A stretch of 62,636 nucleotides of DNA, the filler included. It is 3 parts of 3 records of this genome, joined end to end, with 100 filler letters (N's around TTAATTAATTAA, not from the genome) between each part and the next. Parts side by side here need not be neighbours in the genome. Positions count along the whole stretch, not along the records: positions 1 to 29,769 come from SRR2962707_512; 2 more parts are not named here. One strand, given 5' to 3'. Below are positions 1 through 9,033 of the stretch, piece by piece (the stretch's first letter is position 1; each line of letters begins with the position of its first letter). The translations under genes were made by a program, and so were the position numbers. The notes beneath the pieces are model-generated. The model ran no database searches. It worked only from the letters and a program-made list of their open reading frames with translations, and had not been told where the DNA came from.

Positions 1-543
1 TCCTGCATGGGCTATGAGATTGCCGGTGGCTGGGGCGCACGCATTGCCCAATCACAAAAGCAACCTGACAGCGACACAATCGTGTTTATTGGCGATGGCT
101 CATATTTGTTGATGAATTCGGATGTTTATTCTTCAGTTCTAAGCGACAAAAAGCTGATTATTCTTGTGCTTGATAATGGCGGCTTTGCGGTTATCAACAA
201 GCTTCAAAACAATACGGGCAATGAGAGCTTCAACAATCTTATCGCCGATGCGCCAACAATCCCTCATCCGTTTGCGGTTGATTTTGCTGGCCATGCGCGC
301 GCTATGGGCGCTAACGCTGAAAAAGTTGAAAATCCAGCTGAGTTGGCCGAAGCTTTCAAACGCGCCAAAGCTGCCGATAAAACAAGTGTCATTGTCATGA
401 ATGTTGATGCCTATGAGGGTTGGACAACTGGCGGTCATACATGGTGGGAAGTGGGCACGCCCCATGTTTCAAACAGTGCAAAAGTTGATGCGGCCCATGC
501 AGAGGTTGAATCTGCACGCGTGCGTCAACGCAAGGGCGTTTGA
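1..543 (+). CDS. iolD: 3D-(3,5/4)-trihydroxycyclohexane-1,2-dione hydrolase IolD, C-terminal part (5' truncated at window edge)
   Basis: TPP-binding motif GDGSYLL...VLDN, SCMGYEIAGGWG and WWEVG motifs typical of IolD; directly upstream of iolC/iolB. Confidence 0.9.
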   Translation, partial: SCMGYEIAGGWGARIAQSQKQPDSDTIVFIGDGSYLLMNSDVYSSVLSDKKLIILVLDNGGFAVINKLQNNTGNESFNNLIADAPTIPHPFAVDFAGHARAMGANAEKVENPAELAEAFKRAKAADKTSVIVMNVDAYEGWTTGGHTWWEVGTPHVSNSAKVDAAHAEVESARVRQRKGV

Positions 544-545
544 TC

Positions 546-1541
546 ATGATGCAGCTTATAAAGGTCCTCGAGGGTATCGAGAAGAATAACTTTGTTGTGG
601 TTGGCCGTGTGGGAATGGATGCTTGTCCAACACCGGCTGGCGCAGATATTGAAACGGCGGAAAATTTCATTGTCGGCATGGGCGGATCGTCTGCCAATAT
701 AGCCGCAGGTATCGTCAAACTCGGCGGCAAAGCTGCACTTGTAACCTGTGTTTCCGATGATGCTGTCGGCCGTTACTGCGTCAATCAGCTGGGTAAATAT
801 GGCGTTGATCATCACCATGTGCGCACGGTAGGCGGCGAATGCCGCAACTCTTTTGCGATCTATGAATCGCGTGTGGAAGATCATCAATCAGTGATTTACC
901 GCAATGGCGCGGCAGACTTTGAATTGTCGATCGAAGATGTTGAAGCAGTCGATTACAAAAGCTTCGGCGCGCTTATTACAGCAGGTACAGTATTTGCCGC
1001 AGAACCATCGCGCACGGCAAGTTTTCGCGCATTTGAACTTGCCCGAGAAGCAGGGATCCCGATCATCTTTGATGTCGATTACCGGCCCTATTCATGGCCT
1101 TCGCCGCAAGTGGCAGAAGAAGTGTTGTCGCGCGCTGGCGCGATGTCCGATGTCATTGTCGGCAATGATGAAGAGTTTGGCTTCATGGCTGGTGGCATTG
1201 AAAAAGGCGAAGCAAAAGCCCGTGAATTTGCGGCATCAAGCGCTGCAATTATTGTTTACAAAATGGGCCCTGAAGGTGCGATCACCTTTGCAGACGGTCA
1301 AGAAATTCGCACCGGTGTCTACAAAGTAGATGCTCTTAAACCAACGGGTGCGGGGGATAGTTTTATGGCTGGTTTCATGGCTTCATTGGCAGAAGGCCTG
1401 AATATGAAAACAGCAGTATTGCGCGGCTCAGCCTGCGCTGCCATCGTGGTTGGAAAACCGGGCTGTGCGCCCGCTATGCCAAAAAATGATGAACTTAATG
1501 CTTTTTTAGCGCGTCATCCAGGCGAGACCCAACCAACTTAA
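546..1541 (+). CDS. iolC: 5-dehydro-2-deoxygluconokinase (PfkB family, kinase domain only)
   Basis: GGSSANIA, DVDYRP and PTGAGDSF PfkB motifs; lies between iolD and iolB; ATG at 546 chosen over TTG at 540. Confidence 0.9.
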   Translation: MMQLIKVLEGIEKNNFVVVGRVGMDACPTPAGADIETAENFIVGMGGSSANIAAGIVKLGGKAALVTCVSDDAVGRYCVNQLGKYGVDHHHVRTVGGECRNSFAIYESRVEDHQSVIYRNGAADFELSIEDVEAVDYKSFGALITAGTVFAAEPSRTASFRAFELAREAGIPIIFDVDYRPYSWPSPQVAEEVLSRAGAMSDVIVGNDEEFGFMAGGIEKGEAKAREFAASSAAIIVYKMGPEGAITFADGQEIRTGVYKVDALKPTGAGDSFMAGFMASLAEGLNMKTAVLRGSACAAIVVGKPGCAPAMPKNDELNAFLARHPGETQPT

Positions 1542-1557
1542 ATTGAGGTAAAAACCT

Positions 1558-2400
1558 ATGCATATTGCGCCATTTGATAACAAGAACGAGCCGATTGTCG
1601 ATGTAGATGACAAGCTGGTCCCGCTCAACTATTTCAACATTGTCAAACTGAAAAAGGGTGAGGCCTTCGCTTACGAAGTGCCGCGTTATGAGACCTGCAT
1701 CGTGCCAGCCACTGGCATGATTGATGTGAATGTCGAAGGCTTCAAAGCTGATAATCTCGGTGGCCGCGGCGTTGATGTTTGGGACGGTGAGCCAGAAGGT
1801 GTTTATGTGCCGTCTTCTGCAAAGGCTGAATTCGTCTGCACATCCGATAGCGCCGAAATATTCATTGCTGGCGCGCGCTATGACAAACAATTAGAAGCAT
1901 TTGCCGTGCGCAAAGACGCACTCGATCTCGTGCAATATGGCTCGGATGATACAAAGACGCATCGCAAGATAAAACACATTTTGGGCCAAAAGCAGCGCGA
2001 TCAAGTGGGCCGGTTGCTGGTGAGTGAACTCTACACCGTTGGGCAGGGTGGCTGGTCAGGCTTCCCATCGCACAAGCATGATACAGACCGTTTGCCCGAT
2101 GAAACACGCCATGATGAAACCTATAATTTCCGCTTCCGCCCTAATTATGGTTCGGGCGTTCAAATGCTTCAGCGCGTCGATAATGAGCCGGGCGATGCCT
2201 ATCATATTGTCGACGGCTCAACCATTTGCCTTGATAAGGGCTACCATCCTTGCTGCGTTTTGCCCGGCTATGAGATGTATTATTTCACCATTCTTGGTGG
2301 CTTGTCGCAGCGCAGTCTGATCCAATATTTCCAACCAACGCATGCAGCACAACTCCACACCATTCCTGGTATCATGGATATGATCGGTAAATTCAAATGA
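1558..2400 (+). CDS. iolB: 5-deoxy-glucuronate isomerase IolB (cupin/KduI family)
   Basis: WSGFPSHKHD, ETYNFRF and KGYHP motifs of IolB. Confidence 0.9.
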   Translation: MHIAPFDNKNEPIVDVDDKLVPLNYFNIVKLKKGEAFAYEVPRYETCIVPATGMIDVNVEGFKADNLGGRGVDVWDGEPEGVYVPSSAKAEFVCTSDSAEIFIAGARYDKQLEAFAVRKDALDLVQYGSDDTKTHRKIKHILGQKQRDQVGRLLVSELYTVGQGGWSGFPSHKHDTDRLPDETRHDETYNFRFRPNYGSGVQMLQRVDNEPGDAYHIVDGSTICLDKGYHPCCVLPGYEMYYFTILGGLSQRSLIQYFQPTHAAQLHTIPGIMDMIGKFK

Positions 2401-3230
2401 GCTTAGTTACTTTATCAGATGTGCTGCAACCGGCGCTAAAAGGCGGCTATGCCGTTGCCGGTCTCGTGACACTGGGCTGGGAAGATATGCGCGCTTATGT
2501 GGCCGCAGCCGAAGCGGAAAACTGCCCTGTGATTTTGCAAGCTGGACCGAGCTGCCGCGCCCACACACCATTGCCCATATTAGGCAAGATGTTTCGCTAT
2601 TTAGCGGAAAATGCGTCAGTGCCGGTGGTTGCCCATCTAGACCATGGTTATACATTTGAAGAGTGCAAGGAAGCACTTGATAGCGGCTTTACCTCGCTGA
2701 TGTTTGATGGTTCGCGCAAACCTCTAAACCAAAACATTGAAGAGACAGCTGCGATTGCTGAAATGGCCCACAAAGCGGGCATTTCTTGCGAAGGTGAAAT
2801 CGGTTTTGTTGGTTATGCCAATGGCGAAAATTCCGCTGGCACGGATCCGGAAGAAGCAGCAAAATTTGCAACGCAAAGCGGCGTGGACGCGATGGCGATT
2901 TCCGTAGGCAATGTGCATCTTCAGCAAAACAAAGAGGGCGGTTTGGACCTTGATCGAATTCGCACAATCGAAGCGATGACCGATGTGCCTTTGGTTATTC
3001 ATGGTGGTTCTGGCGTGCCTGTTTCCCAGCGCACCCTGCTTGCGCAAAACTCCAAGGTGTGCAAATTCAACATTGGTACAGAGCTTAGAATGGCCTTTGG
3101 TCAAGCACTGCGTGAAGCGGTCAATGCGGACCCCGAAAGGTTCGACCGCGTGACAATGTTGAAAGAGACACACGATCCTGTTGTTCTAGCAGCGCGCCGT
3201 GTCTTGTCGGCATTTAAGGCCGCTCATTGA
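2397..3230 (+). CDS. Class II fructose-bisphosphate aldolase family protein, probable IolJ (DKG-phosphate aldolase)
   Basis: Zn-ligand motifs HLDHG, GNVH, VIHGGSG and KFNIGTE; ATGA overlap with iolB. Confidence 0.8.
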   Translation: MSLVTLSDVLQPALKGGYAVAGLVTLGWEDMRAYVAAAEAENCPVILQAGPSCRAHTPLPILGKMFRYLAENASVPVVAHLDHGYTFEECKEALDSGFTSLMFDGSRKPLNQNIEETAAIAEMAHKAGISCEGEIGFVGYANGENSAGTDPEEAAKFATQSGVDAMAISVGNVHLQQNKEGGLDLDRIRTIEAMTDVPLVIHGGSGVPVSQRTLLAQNSKVCKFNIGTELRMAFGQALREAVNADPERFDRVTMLKETHDPVVLAARRVLSAFKAAH

Positions 3231-3239
3231 AAGTAACTT

Positions 3240-3920
3240 ATGTCTCAGTCTAATTGGCCTAAAGCAATCCTATTTGATCTTGACGGCACGTTGATTGATT
3301 CAGCGCCCGATATTGCCGCAGCAACAAATGAGTTGTTGCGCGCGCATGACTTAGCAGAACTCACATTGGATGATGTTCGCAAAATGATCGGTAATGGCGT
3401 TCGGACCTTGGTTGAACGAGCCTTTACCCATCAGGCGCGCGATCTCAGCAAAAATGAGCTGGATAATATCTACGCACAAATGATGGATATTTATGGAAAT
3501 CATCTCATTAATTTGATGGTGCCCTATGAAGGGGTTGAAGACCTATTGAAAGATTATGCGGCGCGCGGTGTGAAAATGGCCGTTGTGACAAATAAGCCAG
3601 AGGGTTTTACCCGCACGATTTTGGATCATCTTGGCTGGACACAAATGTTTGGCGCGATCATCGGCGGAGATAGCCTAAAAACCCGCAAGCCTGATCCCGA
3701 AATGCTGTTTAACGCCTGTGCTCAATTGGGCGTTGAGAGCAAAGATGTGATTATGGTGGGTGATAGCGCAGCTGATGTAAACGCTGCGACCAATGGCGAC
3801 ATCAAGAGCATAGTCGTGCGCGGCGGTTATACGCGCCAACCAGTTGAAGAGATGGGCGCTAACGCAATTATCGAACGCCTCGTCGACTTGAACAAGGCGA
3901 TCGATAGTCTGAAAATCTAG
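3240..3920 (+). CDS. gph: HAD-superfamily phosphoglycolate phosphatase
   Basis: FDLDGTLIDS, VTNKP, KPDP and MVGDS HAD motifs. Confidence 0.8.
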   Translation: MSQSNWPKAILFDLDGTLIDSAPDIAAATNELLRAHDLAELTLDDVRKMIGNGVRTLVERAFTHQARDLSKNELDNIYAQMMDIYGNHLINLMVPYEGVEDLLKDYAARGVKMAVVTNKPEGFTRTILDHLGWTQMFGAIIGGDSLKTRKPDPEMLFNACAQLGVESKDVIMVGDSAADVNAATNGDIKSIVVRGGYTRQPVEEMGANAIIERLVDLNKAIDSLKI

Positions 3921-4459
3921 TTAGGTTTTTTCATTTCGCTATGATCCATCGCGCCATGGTTCATGTCAGGATGATCCATCTTCATTTCCATGTTGCCGCC
4001 GAGATCCTTTTTGATCTGGTCTAGGTTCTCAACTTTCAATTCAACTTCAATTTCGCCCGCTTTTTCAAAAACCAAAGTCGCCTTGCGTTTTTCGCCCTCT
4101 TTGAGCTGCTCACCAAGTTTCATGAACATCATATGATAGCCACCAGGCATCAGCGTAACAGAGCCGCCAGCTGGAATTTCGAGACCTTCTGAAAGCTCGC
4201 GCATCTTCATAACATCATTGTCCATGCTCATCTCATGGATTTCAGCTTTGCCTGCAAAAGTCACAGACGCGCCGATAAGCTTATCCGCTTCGCTACCATT
4301 ATTTGTGATCATCATGTAGCCAGCTGATACAGGCGCACCTGCAGGTGTTGCCCGCGCAACAGGGTGATGAATGCTCAAATCGCCAAGTGTATAATCATGG
4401 GCGAACGCAGTGCCTGCTAACAGCAATAAAGCTGATGCTGAGAGAAGTAGTCGTTTCAT
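3917..4459 (-). CDS. Periplasmic copper chaperone PCu(A)C with Met/His-rich tail
   Basis: Signal peptide; HEM...MKM...PGGYHMM copper motif; C-terminal MEMKMDHPDMNHGAMDHSEM. Confidence 0.85.
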   Translation of the reverse strand: MKRLLLSASALLLLAGTAFAHDYTLGDLSIHHPVARATPAGAPVSAGYMMITNNGSEADKLIGASVTFAGKAEIHEMSMDNDVMKMRELSEGLEIPAGGSVTLMPGGYHMMFMKLGEQLKEGEKRKATLVFEKAGEIEVELKVENLDQIKKDLGGNMEMKMDHPDMNHGAMDHSEMKKPN

Positions 4460-4540
4460 AATCTATCCCGATTTGTTTTCGTCGATGATGCGATTATAAC
4501 TATCAATTGAAAACAAAATATGGACGATCTCTGCGACCAA

Positions 4541-5326
4541 TTAGCCCAATGCGAATGGCCGCATCCATTTCAGACCGGCCTCAACGCTGTCACCCTTAGG
4601 GCGGTATTCTGCGCCAAAATAACCTTGATAACCCATCGCCTTTAGTTCCGGCAGGATTTCAAAATAATCCACATCGCCATGATCCGGCTCTCCACGATCT
4701 GGCACGCCTGCAAATTGAATATGGCCGATATGGTTTTTTGCCTTTTCGTAAAGGCCTAAAATATCGCCGTGAATGCGCTGCATATGATAGCAATCGAACA
4801 TGATTTTTATATTTGGATAGTCGAGCGCGGAAATGACCGTAAGTGCTTCATCAAGCGTCGATAGATGATAGTTTGGCGCGTCATGCGCATTTAATGGCTC
4901 AATTAGGATCGTGATTTTATGCGCCATAGCCATGGTGCAGGCGTAGGATAGGTTCTCCAAAAAACATGTATTTGCCACAACGCTTTTATCTGAAACGCCA
5001 GCCATGACATGAATGTTGGGGCAGCCGATCGCTGCGGCGTAGTCGATAGCGTCCTTAATGAGCGCCCGCGCTTCACTTTCGCGACCAATAATCGCAGCCA
5101 AACCATTGTCACCGGTTTGACTGCCTTTGCCCGTGTTCAAGCTGAGTATTGGCAAGCCTGTCTCTAATAGCGCCGCCTTCACATCACTTGGCGCATAGGC
5201 ATTTGGCGTGTGAAATTCTACGGCGTCAAATCCGGCTTTCTTGGCCGCATGTATCGCATCGGGCAGCGCCAATTCCGTCCATAGAAAGCCTAAATTAGCG
5301 GAAAATTTGAGGGGCGTTTTATACAT
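4541..5326 (-). CDS. Hydroxypyruvate isomerase (Hyi/OtnI-like TIM barrel)
   Basis: FSANLGFLW, IEPLN, FDCYHMQ, HIQFAGVPDRGEPD and AEYRP motifs; start reassigned to MYKTPLKF at 5326 (8-nt overlap with the lacI stop). Confidence 0.85.
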   Translation of the reverse strand: MYKTPLKFSANLGFLWTELALPDAIHAAKKAGFDAVEFHTPNAYAPSDVKAALLETGLPILSLNTGKGSQTGDNGLAAIIGRESEARALIKDAIDYAAAIGCPNIHVMAGVSDKSVVANTCFLENLSYACTMAMAHKITILIEPLNAHDAPNYHLSTLDEALTVISALDYPNIKIMFDCYHMQRIHGDILGLYEKAKNHIGHIQFAGVPDRGEPDHGDVDYFEILPELKAMGYQGYFGAEYRPKGDSVEAGLKWMRPFALG

Positions 5327-6344
5327 GGCTGCGTGTTGTGCTTTCGCGGATAATGATGCGTGGTTCGCGTTCATGGACAACGCTGTTTTGCGTTGAAAAC
5401 AGCCGATTGGCAATCAACGCTGCTGTCGACGCGCCAATTTGCTGTGCGCCCACATCGACGGTTGTAATCGTCGGGTTCGACACTTCCGAAATGTCGTAAC
5501 CGCCAAAGCCCGCAATGGCGATATCATCGGGCACTTTGATATGATTGCGCAGGCAATGGCTGATCGCGCCATAGGCACAAAGGTCCGAAACACACATCAC
5601 TGCTTGCGTGTCGGGCCAGCGCTCGAGCATTTCTGTCATGGTTTTAACGCCTTCGCGCATGGTCACGGGCGGCGAACCAATGGAGACCAAACGGTGGGCC
5701 TCTAGACCAAGCTCTTTAAGGCGAGAAACAAAGCCCAACCGGCGGTGCAGGCCTCTGGTGTCGCGCGCTTCATCGCCGCCAATAAATCCAATTTTCGTGT
5801 AACCAAGCGAGGCGAAATGGTCGACCATCAATGCACCGGCTTTTGGGTTTGAAAATCCGATATATTCATCGATGGGCTCTGCAGGGTTATCCCACATTTC
5901 GATCACGGGTATGCCTGAATTACTCAGCAGCTTGCGGCAGCGATCTGTGTGCGCACCGCCGGTAACAACAATTGCTTCTGGGCGGCGCTGCAAAAACTGC
6001 TCGACCAACCGTTCTTCTTCTTCAACCGAATAATTGGTGTGACCCAAGAGCACTTGCAAATGCGTGTCGCGCAAACCGTCAGTCAGGCCGGTCAGCGTGT
6101 CGGCAAAGTTTGCATTGTTGATAGAGGGAATAGTCACCGCCACAAAGCCGGTCTTGTGCGATGCGAAACTCGCCGCATTGGTGTTGAGCACATAGCCCAA
6201 TTGCTCGGCAGCTTGTTGGATACGCTCGCGCGTTGCTGTGCCGACAGATGTGTCTGGTTTGAGTGCGCGCGAAACAGTCATCGTAGAAACGCCCGCCAAA
6301 TCGGCGACGTCCTGCATAGTCGGCTGTTTTACGGTTTTGCGCAT
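5319..6344 (-). CDS. LacI-family repressor, GntR(LacI)-like
   Basis: HTH PTMQDVADLAGVSTMTVSRAL, LGY hinge region and periplasmic-binding-fold effector domain. Confidence 0.9.
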   Translation of the reverse strand: MRKTVKQPTMQDVADLAGVSTMTVSRALKPDTSVGTATRERIQQAAEQLGYVLNTNAASFASHKTGFVAVTIPSINNANFADTLTGLTDGLRDTHLQVLLGHTNYSVEEEERLVEQFLQRRPEAIVVTGGAHTDRCRKLLSNSGIPVIEMWDNPAEPIDEYIGFSNPKAGALMVDHFASLGYTKIGFIGGDEARDTRGLHRRLGFVSRLKELGLEAHRLVSIGSPPVTMREGVKTMTEMLERWPDTQAVMCVSDLCAYGAISHCLRNHIKVPDDIAIAGFGGYDISEVSNPTITTVDVGAQQIGASTAALIANRLFSTQNSVVHEREPRIIIRESTTRSHV

Positions 6345-6385
6345 GGTTTAGCTGTAATGGATTTTCCAAATAATTATCAAGGGGC

Positions 6386-6424
6386 TATCATCGCGCCGAA
6401 TAGAATATAATCGGCGCGAAGATA
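6386..6424 (-). terminator. Inverted repeat downstream of the minus-strand dehydrogenase/EthD operon; possible terminator
   Basis: TCGCGCCGA (6391-6399) pairs with TCGGCGCGA (6411-6419), extended by TATC/GATA; no strong U tract. Confidence 0.4.
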
Positions 6425-6431
6425 AATGGAA

Positions 6432-6764
6432 CTAGGCGTTAAATTCATTCATCTCAGTTACATGATGATGAATTTTGCCTTTAAAATATTGCGCAACAAT
6501 TTCGCCTGTTACATCGCGCGATGCCGCGCGGGCAGGGCTGTTGAGCGCGCTTTCCAATGCTGCCATATCTGGATAGGTGATCGCCAAGATAAGCGGATAT
6601 TCAGCAGCGCCTTCGTCGCGGTCTGTTGAAAACATCACGCGGACAGAAGAATTGCCCGGAAATTGCTTCCAGAGAGGCACAAGGCGTTCAAGAACGGCAG
6701 CCCGAAACGCTGCAACATTTTGTTCTTCAACATGGCCTTCAAAAAGCGCGAAACGTGTAATCAT
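6432..6764 (-). CDS. Small EthD-like (dimeric alpha+beta barrel) protein of unknown function
   Basis: 110 aa; pattern F...LVPLW..FPG...ITYPDMAALESALNSP resembles EthD/Dabb folds; ATGA coupling to the upstream dehydrogenase. Confidence 0.6.
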   Translation of the reverse strand: MITRFALFEGHVEEQNVAAFRAAVLERLVPLWKQFPGNSSVRVMFSTDRDEGAAEYPLILAITYPDMAALESALNSPARAASRDVTGEIVAQYFKGKIHHHVTEMNEFNA

Positions 6765-7648
6765 GAAAAGTCATCCTTGTTAGGTCCGGTGAAATATTCC
6801 ATCAGCGCGGCTTGGTCTTCTCCGCCAAGGCCGGCTGCTGTCAGCATTTTGTGAATTTCCATGCAAAGCGCTGTCATTGGCATAGAAGTGTTTTTCGCCC
6901 GCGCCAGATCCTGCGCAAAGGCAAGGTCTTTGACCATATTGTCGATCCGGCCGGTGCGGCGATAATCTTTGGTGGCAAAGCGCGGCATATATTCTTGCAA
7001 AATCGCACTGTCGGCGCGCCCGCCTGCCAAAGCCTGCGGAATTTTGGCTGCATCAACGCCTGCATCCAGAGCAAGCTGTGTGGCCTCGGCAACGGCCATA
7101 AAGCCGAGACCGCAAAGCACTTGGTTGATGATTTTGGTGGCTTGGCCTGCGCCCGACGCGCCCATGTGGGTGTAGTTTTTGGCAACATCTTTAAGGCATT
7201 GATGGGCAGCTTCCACATGCGCTGCGTCACCACCTGCCATCAATGTTAATTCGCCGATAAGTGCCTTTGGTGCGCCGCCCGAAAGCGGGGCATCAACCCA
7301 CGCAAAGCCAGCGTCAAGCGCATCTTTCGCCAATGCCTTTGTGCTGTCGGGATCAATCGACGACATGTCAATAAATATTGTGCCTTTTTTTGCGCCGCTC
7401 GCCGCACCGTTTTCGCCAAAGGCTGCCAAGCGCACAATGCGCGCCGCGTTCAGTGAAAAAATCACATAGTCTGCGTTCGCCGCAGCTTCGCCTGCGCTTG
7501 CCGCAGCAACGCCGCCCTTGGCAACAAGGTCAGCTACTTTGTCTGCATCAAGGTCGAAAACGTGAAGGGAATTGCCTGTTTCGAGAATACGTGCGCCAAT
7601 AGCGCTTCCCATTGCGCCAGCACCGATGAGAGCGACTTTATTGGCCAT
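6761..7648 (-). CDS. Beta-hydroxyacid dehydrogenase (3-hydroxyisobutyrate/tartronate semialdehyde/LtnD family)
   Basis: GAGAMG Rossmann motif, DAPLSGG and catalytic K in GQATKIINQ. Confidence 0.85.
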   Translation of the reverse strand: MANKVALIGAGAMGSAIGARILETGNSLHVFDLDADKVADLVAKGGVAAASAGEAAANADYVIFSLNAARIVRLAAFGENGAASGAKKGTIFIDMSSIDPDSTKALAKDALDAGFAWVDAPLSGGAPKALIGELTLMAGGDAAHVEAAHQCLKDVAKNYTHMGASGAGQATKIINQVLCGLGFMAVAEATQLALDAGVDAAKIPQALAGGRADSAILQEYMPRFATKDYRRTGRIDNMVKDLAFAQDLARAKNTSMPMTALCMEIHKMLTAAGLGGEDQAALMEYFTGPNKDDFS

Positions 7649-7650
7649 GA

Positions 7651-8208
7651 TTATCCTACCCGTTGTAATGTCTTAATGTGTGAAACGATGGCCGCAATGA
7701 TCTCGCTTTGCGTGCCTTCAATGTTAATTGCGATGAAGTTTTCCGGCGCACTTGGCACTTCAAGCGTTGCAAATTGACTATCGAGCAAACTGGTCGGCAT
7801 GAAGTGACCTTGGCGTGCAGCCATACGCTTAGAGATCAGTTCTTTTGAGCCATCCAGATAAAGAAAAACTACCGGCGTGCCCGCTTTTTGGGTGATCAGA
7901 TCGCGGTAGCTTTTCTTCAATGCCGAACAGCCGATAAGGCCGATACCATCAATGCCAGCAAGCGTTTGGCCAACAGCCTCTAGCCACGGCCAACGATCAT
8001 CATCGTTCAGCGGTTCGCCGCGACTCATTTTATCGATGTTGGCCTGCGGATGCAGATTGTCACCATCGATATAGGTGCCGCCAATTTTAGCCGCAACGCC
8101 TTCGCCGATGGATGTTTTGCCGGAGCCGGCAACACCCATCACGACGAAATGGCGCGGTTGATTAGAGTGAAACTGTGATGCCGCCGTCAACATAAAGGAT
8201 GTGTCCAT
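7651..8208 (-). CDS. gntK: Gluconokinase (GntK/IdnK); start may be Met at 8193
   Basis: MGVAGSGKT P-loop, DGDNLHPQANIDKMSRGEPLNDDDRWPWL, CSALK and HFMP...SQFATLE. Confidence 0.92.
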   Translation of the reverse strand: MDTSFMLTAASQFHSNQPRHFVVMGVAGSGKTSIGEGVAAKIGGTYIDGDNLHPQANIDKMSRGEPLNDDDRWPWLEAVGQTLAGIDGIGLIGCSALKKSYRDLITQKAGTPVVFLYLDGSKELISKRMAARQGHFMPTSLLDSQFATLEVPSAPENFIAINIEGTQSEIIAAIVSHIKTLQRVG

Positions 8209-8935
8209 TTACAAAAGTTGAAGCCGGAGAGGCGAGGAAAATACACGCGCCGACGAGTTCGTCGACATTGCCCCAGCGTCCAGCCGGTGTGCGTTTTTCA
8301 AGCCATGTTGTGAACTCAGGGTCTGCGACCAATGCAGCATTAAGTGGCGTATCAAAATAGCCAGGTGCAATCGCATTACACTGCAGACCGTGCTTAGCCC
8401 AATCGGTAGCCATGCCTTTGGTCAAATTGCCCACAGCGCCTTTGGTGGCAGTGTAGGGCGCAATGCTTGGACGCGCGAGCGCGGTTTGAACCGAGGCGAT
8501 GTTGACGATTTTGCCAGCGCCGCGTTTGATCATGTGTTTTGCAACAGCCTGACCGACCGCAAAAACGCTATAAACATTGGTTTTCAAGAGAAGCTCAAAT
8601 TTATCAGCGGGATAATTTTCAAGCTCTGTGCGGAACTGCATGCCCGCATTATTTACGAGAATGTCGATAGAACCGTGTTCTGCTTCAAATCCGTCAACGG
8701 CAACTTTAACAGCTTCGTAATCTGTCGCATCGAAAGCGAGTTCATAAACTGTTGCGCCTTGATCGCGCAACGATGCCGCGGCTTCGCTCAATTTATCAAT
8801 GTTGCGCCCATTGATCACAATTTCCGCGCCAGCCTGCGAAAGGCCGAGAGCCAATGCATAACCGATGCCTTGTGATGATCCGGTGATCAGTGCGCGTTTT
8901 CCAGTCAAATTAAATAGTTCGGTACCAACAGCCAC
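8162..8935 (-). CDS. idnO: Gluconate 5-dehydrogenase / 5-keto-D-gluconate 5-reductase (SDR)
   Basis: TGSSQGIG, NNAGMQFR, IASVQTALARPSIAPYTATKG and RTPAGRWG; GTG start at 8935 behind a GAGGA RBS. Confidence 0.88.
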   Translation of the reverse strand: MAVGTELFNLTGKRALITGSSQGIGYALALGLSQAGAEIVINGRNIDKLSEAAASLRDQGATVYELAFDATDYEAVKVAVDGFEAEHGSIDILVNNAGMQFRTELENYPADKFELLLKTNVYSVFAVGQAVAKHMIKRGAGKIVNIASVQTALARPSIAPYTATKGAVGNLTKGMATDWAKHGLQCNAIAPGYFDTPLNAALVADPEFTTWLEKRTPAGRWGNVDELVGACIFLASPASTFVNGHILYVDGGITVSL

Positions 8936-8989
8936 GAATTTATCCTCAACGTTAAAATATGATCTCGACAATCCATTCTCAAACTGTAT

Positions 8990-9005
8990 ATGTTATCGAT
9001 AACAT
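8990..9005. promoter_or_regulatory. GntR(LacI)-type operator ATGTTATCGATAACAT
   Basis: Perfect 16-bp palindrome in the divergent idnO/2-hydroxyacid dehydrogenase intergenic region; fits the ATGTTA-N4-TAACAT gluconate-repressor consensus. Confidence 0.8.
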
Positions 9006-9033
9006 TTTGCAAGCCATAAGAAAGAATTATCCC

